Shown in pieces: positions 5,943 through 13,556 of a stretch of DNA of 14,696 nt. Below the pieces are notes generated by a model, which saw nothing but the letters and a program-made list of their open reading frames with translations, ran no database searches and was not told the DNA's origin. This DNA comes from Trueperaceae bacterium (GTDB taxonomy: Bacteria > Deinococcota > Deinococci > Deinococcales > Trueperaceae): assembly GCA_040905465.1 (NCBI GenBank), contig JBBDRK010000064.1, positions 1 through 14,696 of the forward strand, given 5' to 3'. Numbering within the stretch: position 1 is the first letter of the stretch; each line of letters starts with the position of its first letter. A program made the translations under genes and the position numbers.

Positions 5943-7466
5943 GTGCGTTCATTCCGTGCGCTGCTGGGGCCCCTGATCGGCTCTCTGGTGGTGCTCGCGC
6001 TGTTCCTGGTGCTGACCGAGTCGCCTGGACTCGACCCACGCCTGGACGCGCCGAAGTTCCACTTCTGGGTAGTTTCGGGTACATCTTTGCTTGCACTCGT
6101 GCTTGCGTTGGTGGTCGGTGTGGTGGGCGTCCGGGCCCGCGACGCCAGGATCGTCTTTCTTGGCGCGGGATTCGCCGGGCTGGCCGGCTTCTTCGCGCTG
6201 CACGGTCTGTCGACTCCAGGGTTCCTGATCAACGGTCCTGCCGGTGCGGCAGTCACCACATCTGCATATGGAATGCGTGGAGCCGGCGGCTACGGCCAGG
6301 CGCAGCAGGTCGATTCGAGCACTGTTACCGCCGTTGCCGCTCAACTTTCGGTGCTGTCGCTGGCGGCCTGGATGTTTGCGGCGGCGTACGTGCGTCCGCG
6401 AGACGGGGCACGGCTGGGCAGGTGGCTAGCCGTGTGGACGGCTGTCCTGGCGGCAGTCATGATTGCGGGTCTTACGAGGCCCGAGTGGGCGGGCTTGATT
6501 CCCGTAGATCAGGACCCCTTGCGGTGGGCGGTCACCGCGCTGTTGCTGCTCCTGTTGCTACCAGCTGGTGCCCGCTTCCTGGAAGGGTACCGGCTCTCCG
6601 GCTCGGCACTGCATCTGGTGATGCTGTACGTGGTCGGCTGGCTGGCGGTAACGCAGCTGATAATGATACTCGGCGACGTGTTCCAACTGAGCTGGTGGCT
6701 CTACCATGCGGTGCTGCTCCTCGCCGTGATGATGATGCTGGTTACCGTCGCCCGACAGATGCATGCCGGCAAGCTGTCCTCGGCACTGGGGGCGCTGCTG
6801 AGCGACGACGCCGAGCGGCGCCTCGCGTACGGGCTGCGGCCGGAAGTGCGGGCGCTGATAGTGGCCACCGAAGCCAAGGATCGCTACACGGCCGGCCACA
6901 TGCAGCGTGTGGCAGCGTACGCGGTTCGCCTGGGCCGAGCGCTGGGACTGGAACCGGAGGAGTTGCGGGTGCTTGCCCAGGCGGCGGTAGTGCACGACGT
7001 GGGCAAGATTGAGATCCCCGATGCCGTGCTGAACAAGCCCGGCAAGCTGGACGACAGCGAATTCGATTTGATCCGCAGCCATCCGGATGTAGGAGTTCGC
7101 ATCGGCGAGGCGCTCGGAATGCATCGCAGCGAGCTGGAGGTCATCCGTCACCACCACGAGCGTTGGGACGGCGGCGGCTATCCTGCCCGACTGGCAGGGG
7201 AGGCGATTCCCAGGCTCGCCCGCGTGTTGGCGGTGGTCGACGTCTATGACGCCCTCACTTCGGATCGCTCGTACCGGCCCGCCTGGAGCGCTGAGCGCGC
7301 GGCCAGGCATGTGGAAGCGGAGTCGGGCGAGGCGTTCGACCCGGCGTGTGCCGCGGCGTGGGTCGACGTGCTGCGGGAAAGTCCGCGAGTTGTTGCCGGC
7401 AACGAAGAGGCCGGCCTTCGGGGACGCACGGTCACACCGCCACTGGGCACGAGCGGCGCCGAGTAA
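5943..7466 (+). CDS. Membrane-bound HD-GYP phosphodiesterase (cyclic di-nucleotide hydrolase)
   Basis: About 8 hydrophobic segments, then EAKDRYTAGH, HDVGKI, HPDVG, HHHERWDGGGYP and VDVYDALTSDRSYR. Start moved from 5763, which overlaps the cupin, to the in-frame GTG 5943. Confidence 0.9.
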   Translation: MRSFRALLGPLIGSLVVLALFLVLTESPGLDPRLDAPKFHFWVVSGTSLLALVLALVVGVVGVRARDARIVFLGAGFAGLAGFFALHGLSTPGFLINGPAGAAVTTSAYGMRGAGGYGQAQQVDSSTVTAVAAQLSVLSLAAWMFAAAYVRPRDGARLGRWLAVWTAVLAAVMIAGLTRPEWAGLIPVDQDPLRWAVTALLLLLLLPAGARFLEGYRLSGSALHLVMLYVVGWLAVTQLIMILGDVFQLSWWLYHAVLLLAVMMMLVTVARQMHAGKLSSALGALLSDDAERRLAYGLRPEVRALIVATEAKDRYTAGHMQRVAAYAVRLGRALGLEPEELRVLAQAAVVHDVGKIEIPDAVLNKPGKLDDSEFDLIRSHPDVGVRIGEALGMHRSELEVIRHHHERWDGGGYPARLAGEAIPRLARVLAVVDVYDALTSDRSYRPAWSAERAARHVEAESGEAFDPACAAAWVDVLRESPRVVAGNEEAGLRGRTVTPPLGTSGAE

Positions 7467-7506
7467 GCTCGGCGGCTCTCGCTCGCCAGACTCGACCCGC
7501 GGGAAC

Positions 7507-7524
7507 GCTGCCCAGTAGGGCGGT
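7507..7524 (+). terminator. Small hairpin between convergent HD-GYP and copB genes
   Basis: GCUGCCC-AGUA-GGGCGGU: 7 bp including two G-U pairs, no U-tract. Confidence 0.25.
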
Positions 7525-7534
7525 CCGGCGCCTG

Positions 7535-9601
7535 TCACTCGAGGCGGGCACGGCGCAGGAGCATCGCGTTCACCGCGACGATCACGGTCGAGGCGCTCAT
7601 GAATATGGCGCCGACAGCCGGTGAGAGCAGGATACCCCAGGCGTAGGCGACGCCCGCCGCCAGTGGCAGGGCGATAGCGTTGTAGCCGGTAGCCCAGAAG
7701 AGGTTCTGCACCATCTTGCCGTACGACGCTCGCGATACACCGAGGGCGCGGACGACCGCCAGCGGATCGTCGTTCACCAGCACGAGGTCGGCCGACTCGA
7801 TTGCGATGTTGGTCCCGGCGCCGATGGCGATGCCGAGATCTGCCTCCAGCAAAGCCGGTGCGTCATTGATGCCGTCGCCGACGAAGGCAGTCGGGCCGCT
7901 CCGCTTGAGCTCGGAGATGATTCGTGCCTTGTCGCCCGGCAGGATGCGGGCGTGGAAGCTGTCGATACCTAGTTGCCTGGCTACCGTGGCCGCTACCGCC
8001 TCGGCATCGCCGGTGATCATCACCGTCTGGATGTTCCGTGCCTGCAGCTTGCGGACCGCCTCCCGGGCGCCGGCGCGGACTCGGTCCGCCAGCGCGAACA
8101 TGGCGAGGGCGTTCGTTTCGTCGCCCAGGGCGATCACACTCTCACCCCGCGACTCGGCTTCTGTCAGGCCGTCGCGCAACTCCGGCGGGAACTCGACACC
8201 CAACTCCCGGAGCCATTCGGTTCGGCCGATGTGTAGCCGGCGATCGCCGACCCGCCCCGACACTCCACTGCCGGCGGTTACTTCGAAGTCGGTCACCTGA
8301 AGAGGTTCGAGGCCACGGTTTACCGCCTCGTCGACCAGCGCTTTTGCCAGCGGATGCTCGCTGCGCGCCTCGAGGGCCGCGGCCAGCCGGAGGGCCTCGT
8401 CCTCGGCTATCCCGGCTGCATATATCGTCCTGACCGCAAATGCGCCTTCGGTAAGAGTACCCGTCTTGTCGAAGGCGACCGTTTTCAGGGCGCGAGCGCG
8501 CTCGAACGCCTCCCGGTTGCGAACCAGGATGCCGTTCTTGGCCGACATCGCAGTGGCATTGACGAGTACCAGGGGGATCGCCAGACCGAGGGCGTGTGGA
8601 CAGGCCATCACCAGAACCGTCACGGTGCGAGTGAGGGCGAACTCGAAGTCCGATCCCAGCACGAGCCAGGTAAGCAGAGTCGCCGTTCCCGCTCCGACGG
8701 CGATATAGGTGAGCCAGGCGGCGGCGCGGTCGGCCAGGCCCTGAAAGCGGCTTCGCGAAGACTGCGCCTCGGCGACCAGCCGCTTGATCTGGCTGAGCGT
8801 GGTCTGTTCGCCGGTGCGCTCGACCCGCACGGTGAGTGCACCCTCGCCGTTCACCGCCCCGGCGACCACCTCCTGCCCCGGTTCCTTGGACACCGGCCGT
8901 GACTCGCCTGTCAGGAACGCCTCGTTCACACTCGACGCTCCCTCGGTCACCGAGCCGTCTGCCGGCACTTGCTCTCCGGGCCGGATCAGGATGAGGTCGC
9001 CGTTCCGAAGTTCGTCGACGCTCACCTCGCTCACGCGCCCGGCGGTCAGCCGGTGGGCGCTGGCCGGCACCAAAGACGCCAGATGCTCGAGCGCCCGGCT
9101 CGCCCCCTGCACCGAGGCCATCTCGATCCAATGACCGAGGAGCATCACCACGATGAGCGTGGCCAGCTCCCAGTAGAGCGCCATCCCCGGCAGCCCCAGG
9201 CTTACCGCGAGGCTGTAGCTGAAGGCCACCGTGATGGCCAGACCGATGAGTGTCATCATCCCCGGCTGCCTCGCGCGCAACTCGTGCACGGCGCCGATGA
9301 TGAAGACCCCGCCGCCGTAGAGGTAGAGCAGGGTCCCGAGGATCGCCTGGAGCCAGGCGGAGCCGGGGAACGCCGGCGAGCGGTAACCGAGCCATTCCTG
9401 CAGGTGCGGGTCGAAATAGAGGATCGGCAGTGCCAGCAAGGCGCTCAACCAGAAGCGCCTACGAAACATCGCCGGGCTGTGGCCGGCGTGCTCATCGTGC
9501 CGGGAATTTCCGTCACGCGCGCCCTGGGACGAATGCTCGGGTTGTGCCCCATCGCTGCGCCACTGCTCATGACCCGGATCGTCCCTATGATCGTCGACCA
9601 T
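7535..9601 (-). CDS. copB: Copper-translocating P1B-type ATPase (P1B-3/CopB subtype)
   Basis: His-rich N-terminus without CxxC, LTGES, CPH (8594-8602), DKTGTLT, SEHP, GDGINDAP, YN and MSAST. True start is probably ATG 9601; the extension to 9838 overlaps the kinase gene. Confidence 0.92.
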   Translation of the reverse strand: MVDDHRDDPGHEQWRSDGAQPEHSSQGARDGNSRHDEHAGHSPAMFRRRFWLSALLALPILYFDPHLQEWLGYRSPAFPGSAWLQAILGTLLYLYGGGVFIIGAVHELRARQPGMMTLIGLAITVAFSYSLAVSLGLPGMALYWELATLIVVMLLGHWIEMASVQGASRALEHLASLVPASAHRLTAGRVSEVSVDELRNGDLILIRPGEQVPADGSVTEGASSVNEAFLTGESRPVSKEPGQEVVAGAVNGEGALTVRVERTGEQTTLSQIKRLVAEAQSSRSRFQGLADRAAAWLTYIAVGAGTATLLTWLVLGSDFEFALTRTVTVLVMACPHALGLAIPLVLVNATAMSAKNGILVRNREAFERARALKTVAFDKTGTLTEGAFAVRTIYAAGIAEDEALRLAAALEARSEHPLAKALVDEAVNRGLEPLQVTDFEVTAGSGVSGRVGDRRLHIGRTEWLRELGVEFPPELRDGLTEAESRGESVIALGDETNALAMFALADRVRAGAREAVRKLQARNIQTVMITGDAEAVAATVARQLGIDSFHARILPGDKARIISELKRSGPTAFVGDGINDAPALLEADLGIAIGAGTNIAIESADLVLVNDDPLAVVRALGVSRASYGKMVQNLFWATGYNAIALPLAAGVAYAWGILLSPAVGAIFMSASTVIVAVNAMLLRRARLE

Positions 9602-9602
9602 T

Positions 9603-11261
9603 TCAGAGAGTGAAGAAGAAGGTGGCACCGGCGTCAATCGCCCCCTCGGCCCGCACCTTCCCGCCGTGACGCTGCACGATCCGCTGCACCGTGCTGAGGC
9701 CGATGCCGGTACCCTCGAACTCGCTCGGCGAGTGAAGGCGTTGGAAGGGAGCGAACAGTTTCTCGGCGTAAAGCATGTCGAAGCCGGCGCCGTTGTCGCG
9801 CACGAAGTAGACCGTGCGCCCGTCGATCTCGTCGGCACCGAACTCGATTCGCGCGCTCTCGGTATGGGCGGTGAACTTCCAGCTGTTTTCCAGCAGATTC
9901 TCGAGGACGACTCGCAGCAGCTTGACGTCTCCCTCGCCCGTCAGGCCCGGGGCCACGACCACCTCCACGCGGCGCCGAGGTTCCCGCTGCCTGAGCTCGG
10001 CGATCGCCAGCCGCGCGAGTTCGCTGAGGTCAACTTGTCGCTTCGCAAGCTCGCGCCTGGAAATCCGCGAGAGTTCCAGGAGATCGTCGATCAGGTCCCC
10101 CATGCGTGTGGCGGCGGTGCGGATTCGGCCCAGGTGGGCCTTGGCGGGCTCATCGAGTTCGGCTCCGTAGTCGTCGAGAAGCATCTGGCTGAATCCGTCG
10201 ATTCCTCGCAACGGGCCGCGCAGATCGTGGGATACCGAGTAGGCGAAAGACTCCAGCTCCCTACCGGACTCCCGCAGCTGTTCCGTGCGCTCGAGCACCC
10301 GCCCTTCGAGTTCACGGTTGAGGGTCCGGATCTCCTCCTCGGCCCGCAGGCGGAGCACGTACTGACCTATCTGCACCGCCGTCGATTTCATCAGGTTCAG
10401 CAGGGCACTGTCCGGCTCGCGGATTTCGGGGCTGTAGAACTCCATCGCTCCGATGAACTCGCCTTCGGCGGAGATGGGGAAGGCGAAGACCGAGCGCAGC
10501 CCGGCCTGGTGGGCCAACTGCTTGCGAGGATAGTTGCCGTCCACCCCGACATCGGCAACCCAGAGCGGCTCGCCGGTCTGCCATGCCCTTCCTGGTACGC
10601 CCACGGCAACAGCGAACGGGAGGTCGCGGGTTGCGGCCAGGAACTCGTCGGCGGCAAGCGCCGGGTCGTGCCAGGTGATCGAGGCGTGAAGCAGGTCGTC
10701 TTCCCCGGGTTGCCACAGCACGCCCACCTGCCAGTCGAGGCACTTGCCGATCGTCTCGAGGATCGAGCCGGCCGCCTCATCGAGGCTGGACTGCGAGGCC
10801 AGTATCCGGGCTATCGAGTACTGCGCCTCCCAGCGCCGTTCAGTTCTCTTGCGCTCGCTGACGTCGCGTACTACCCCGGTGAAAAGAGGCTCACCGTCCT
10901 CGACGGATTCGCCGAAGCTCAATTCGAGAGGTATCTCCCGTCCGGATCGATGAAGCCCCGGTAGCTCGACTCCACCCCAGTGCAGGTGCCTCTCCCCGGT
11001 CTCCAGGTAACGCGCCAGTGCCGCTTCGTGCAGACGACGCAGGTAATCGGGCATGAGCCTGGTCAGCTGAGCACCCACCAACTCCTCCTGACTGTAGCCG
11101 AACAGTATCTCGGCGGCGCCGTTGGCGAACAGGATCGTGCTGTCGCGGTCGATTGTGATGATCGCGTCTGATGCGCTCTGGGCGACAATACGAAACAGGG
11201 CGTCGTCCCCGATCGAACGCTGTTGCCCCTCGCTTCCCCGTTCCGTTTCCATCTCCGCCAT
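9603..11261 (-). CDS. Cytoplasmic PAS-GAF sensor histidine kinase
   Basis: PAS (DAIITID..ANGAAEILFGYSQEELVG), GAF (GVPGRAWQTGEPLW..LRSVFAFPI), HisKA FAYSVSHDLRGPL (His345), HATPase NLLENSWKF, DNGAGF, GTGIGL. No TM segment. Confidence 0.93.
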   Translation of the reverse strand: MAEMETERGSEGQQRSIGDDALFRIVAQSASDAIITIDRDSTILFANGAAEILFGYSQEELVGAQLTRLMPDYLRRLHEAALARYLETGERHLHWGGVELPGLHRSGREIPLELSFGESVEDGEPLFTGVVRDVSERKRTERRWEAQYSIARILASQSSLDEAAGSILETIGKCLDWQVGVLWQPGEDDLLHASITWHDPALAADEFLAATRDLPFAVAVGVPGRAWQTGEPLWVADVGVDGNYPRKQLAHQAGLRSVFAFPISAEGEFIGAMEFYSPEIREPDSALLNLMKSTAVQIGQYVLRLRAEEEIRTLNRELEGRVLERTEQLRESGRELESFAYSVSHDLRGPLRGIDGFSQMLLDDYGAELDEPAKAHLGRIRTAATRMGDLIDDLLELSRISRRELAKRQVDLSELARLAIAELRQREPRRRVEVVVAPGLTGEGDVKLLRVVLENLLENSWKFTAHTESARIEFGADEIDGRTVYFVRDNGAGFDMLYAEKLFAPFQRLHSPSEFEGTGIGLSTVQRIVQRHGGKVRAEGAIDAGATFFFTL

Positions 11262-11292
11262 TAAACCGTGGCCGCCACGTTACTGATGCGAC

Positions 11293-11430
11293 CTATGCAC
11301 GGTCAGATTCGGACAACCGCTCGAGCTCGCTCTCCAGCTGCTCCAACTCCTGGCCACCCGCCATCATCTCGAGCGCCCGCCAGGCACCCCGGTTGTCGTC
11401 GAGCCACAGACTCGCCCACCGGGCGCGTTT
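11293..11430 (-). pseudogene. Possible gene remnant or small ORF upstream of the kinase
   Basis: Frame reads KRARWASLWLDDNRGAWRALEMMAGGQELEQLESELERLSESDRA* with mostly G/C-ending codons. No start or SD upstream of the internal ATG at 11367. Confidence 0.3.
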
Positions 11431-11467
11431 ATCGTTTAAGGGAGAAGCCGCCGGGAGGGGGCATGCC

Positions 11468-13414
11468 GTGGCGCAGACAGTTGCCCAACAACTGATCGCA
11501 AGTCATCTGACGGACGGCGTGATGGAGCCTGGCCGGGAGATTGCGCTGCGTATCGACCAGACCCTCACGCAAGACGCCACCGGCACGCTGGTGATGCTCG
11601 AGCTCGAAGCGATGGGGCTACGCCGCGTGAAGACCGAGCTGTCGGCCCAGTACGTCGACCACAACCTGGTGCAGACCGACCACAAGAATCCGGACGACCA
11701 CCTCTTCCTCTACAGCGCCTGCCGCAAGTACGGCGTCTGGTACAGCAGGGCGGGGAACGGCGTCAGCCATCCGGTGCATCAGGAGCGCTTCGGCATACCG
11801 GGGAAGACCCTTGCCGGCTCGGACAGTCACACGCCGGCAGGTGGCGCGCTCGGCATGCTGGCTCTGGGGGCCGGCGGCCTCGAAGTCGCCCTCGCTATGG
11901 CCGGCGAGCCGCTCCACCTGATAATGCCCAGGGTCCTGGGCGTGAAACTCAGCGGGCGGCTGCCAGACTGGGTGAGCGCCAAGGACGTGGTGCTCGAAAT
12001 GTTGCGGCGCTACGGGGTGAACGGCTGCCACGGAAAAGTAGTCGAGTACTACGGCCCGGGCCTGGACGGTCTCACCACAATGGACCGGCACGTGATCGCC
12101 AACATGGGCACCGAGATGGGCGCGACCACCACCGTATTCCCGTCCGACGAAGAGGTCCGCCGCTTCCTCAGGCAGCAGGGGCGGGAAGACGACTGGCGCG
12201 AGTTTAGGGCCGACGATGGCGCCGAGTACGATGAGCACGACGAGATCGATCTCGGATCGGTCGAACCGCTCATCGCGCTGCCGAGCAGTCCCGGCAACGT
12301 GGTCCCGGTAAGCGAGGTCGCGGGCCGGCCCATCTATCAGGCGTACGTCGGCTCGTCGGCCAATCCGGGCCTGCGCGACTTCGCCGTGCCGGCGATGATG
12401 GTCGACGGCCGGACCGTCCATCCCGAGGTTTCGTTCGACATCAACCCGACATCACGGCAGATGCTCGAGAATCTCGCACAGATGGGCCACCTGGCCTCGC
12501 TCATCCGCAGCGGAGCCCGCCTGCACCAGGCCGGCTGCAACGGTTGCATCGGGATGGGCCAGGCTCCGGCGTCGGGGCGCATAAGCCTGCGTACCGTGCC
12601 CCGCAACTTCCCGGGGCGGTCCGGCACGGCCGAAGACGAGGTCTACCTGTGCAGTCCCGAGACCGCAACCGCCTCGGCGCTCACTGGGGTGATAACGGAT
12701 CCACGCACCCTGGGCATGACCTATCCGCTGTTCGAGGAGCCCGAACGCATTGCCGTCAACGCCGAGATGCTGGTGCCTCCCGCTGGCGAAGACGAGGAGG
12801 TCGAGCTCATCAAGGGACCGAACATCAAGCCCATCCCGCCGCTCGACACCCTCGAATGGCCGGGGGCGCTGAAGATGCCGGTGCTGCTGAAGCTGGGCGA
12901 CGGCGTCTCGACCGACGAGATCATGCCGGCCGGTACCGAGGTGTTGCCGTACAGAAGCAATATTCCCGAGATCAGCCGCTACGTGTTCTCGCGAATCGAT
13001 CCCGGCTTCGCCGATCGGGCACTGGAGTACCGCGATCACGGCTCGGTGGTGGTGGCCGGCGAGAACTACGGGCAAGGCTCGAGCCGCGAGCACGCCGCGC
13101 TCGCTCCCCGCTACCTCGGTGTACGGGTCGTGTTGGCCAAGAGCTTCGCCCGCATCCACTGGCAGAATCTCGGTAACTTCGGGATCCTGCCGCTGGTGTT
13201 CGTCGACCCGCAAGACTACGACCGTATCGATCAGGGCGACGTCCTGACCCTGGCCATGCTGCACGAAAGCGTTCAGGGCGGCACCGAGCTCGAGGTGGTC
13301 GACGAGACCAAGGAAGCGGTCTACCTGGCGCGCCACTCGCTCAGCCCCCGACAGGTTGACATGATCCTCGCCGGGAGCCTGATCGGCTTGATGCGAAAGC
13401 GACTGACGGGATAA
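11468..13414 (+). CDS. Aconitate hydratase-family protein (short, about 650-aa type) with atypical Fe-S motif
   Basis: QDATG, DHN, DSHT, GSSAN (canonical GSCTN), CNGCIG, RNFPGR, NYGQGSSREHA, KSFARIH. Start GTG 11468 with SD GGAGG 11454-11458. Candidate -10 TATCGT at 11430-11435. Confidence 0.88.
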   Translation: MAQTVAQQLIASHLTDGVMEPGREIALRIDQTLTQDATGTLVMLELEAMGLRRVKTELSAQYVDHNLVQTDHKNPDDHLFLYSACRKYGVWYSRAGNGVSHPVHQERFGIPGKTLAGSDSHTPAGGALGMLALGAGGLEVALAMAGEPLHLIMPRVLGVKLSGRLPDWVSAKDVVLEMLRRYGVNGCHGKVVEYYGPGLDGLTTMDRHVIANMGTEMGATTTVFPSDEEVRRFLRQQGREDDWREFRADDGAEYDEHDEIDLGSVEPLIALPSSPGNVVPVSEVAGRPIYQAYVGSSANPGLRDFAVPAMMVDGRTVHPEVSFDINPTSRQMLENLAQMGHLASLIRSGARLHQAGCNGCIGMGQAPASGRISLRTVPRNFPGRSGTAEDEVYLCSPETATASALTGVITDPRTLGMTYPLFEEPERIAVNAEMLVPPAGEDEEVELIKGPNIKPIPPLDTLEWPGALKMPVLLKLGDGVSTDEIMPAGTEVLPYRSNIPEISRYVFSRIDPGFADRALEYRDHGSVVVAGENYGQGSSREHAALAPRYLGVRVVLAKSFARIHWQNLGNFGILPLVFVDPQDYDRIDQGDVLTLAMLHESVQGGTELEVVDETKEAVYLARHSLSPRQVDMILAGSLIGLMRKRLTG

Positions 13415-13441
13415 GCCCGGTCGCTCGCGCGGACGGCGGAG

Positions 13442-13482
13442 GTGAATGATTCACTCCCAGTCCCAGAGGTTCCGGATAACCT
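13442..13482 (+). promoter_or_regulatory. Palindrome plus candidate -10 box upstream of the GGDEF gene
   Basis: GTGAAT-G-ATTCAC at 13442-13454; TAACCT at 13477-13482, followed 5 nt later by ATG. Confidence 0.4.
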
Positions 13483-13487
13483 TGTCC

Positions 13488-13556
13488 ATGCCGCAGGCGG
13501 GCACTCGCCTTTGCCGCGGCAGGAGGAGAATGGGGATTTCGGCCTTCAGTAGATGA
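13488..13556 (+). CDS. Putative 22-aa leaderless uORF (MPQAGTRLCRGRRRMGISAFSR)
   Basis: ATG lies 5 nt after TAACCT. TGA 13554-13556 overlaps the GGDEF ATG (ATGA). The GGDEF ATG has no correctly spaced SD. Confidence 0.35.
   Translation: MPQAGTRLCRGRRRMGISAFSR

Noticed and set aside
5075..7012. 645-aa plus-strand ORF
   Set aside because: Arg/Gly/Ala-rich with no motifs. It overlaps ykvA and the cupin antisense and HD-GYP out of frame; a typical high-GC shadow ORF.
9602..9838. 79-aa N-terminal extension of the P-type ATPase containing Cys residues
   Set aside because: It is an alternative frame of the kinase HATPase domain and not a real metal-binding domain. ATG 9601 gives a normal CopB.
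8142..10964. ORFs 8142-9395 (-) and 9666-10964 (+)
   Set aside because: Alternative-frame or antisense shadows of copB and the kinase, with no recognisable domains.
9603..11261. Bacteriophytochrome call for the PAS-GAF kinase
   Set aside because: The kinase module is of similar type, but there is no PHY domain, no DIP motif and no evident bilin-binding Cys.
11171..11467. 99-aa N-terminal extension of the aconitase
   Set aside because: It overlaps the divergent kinase start. Family similarity and a good SD point to GTG 11468.
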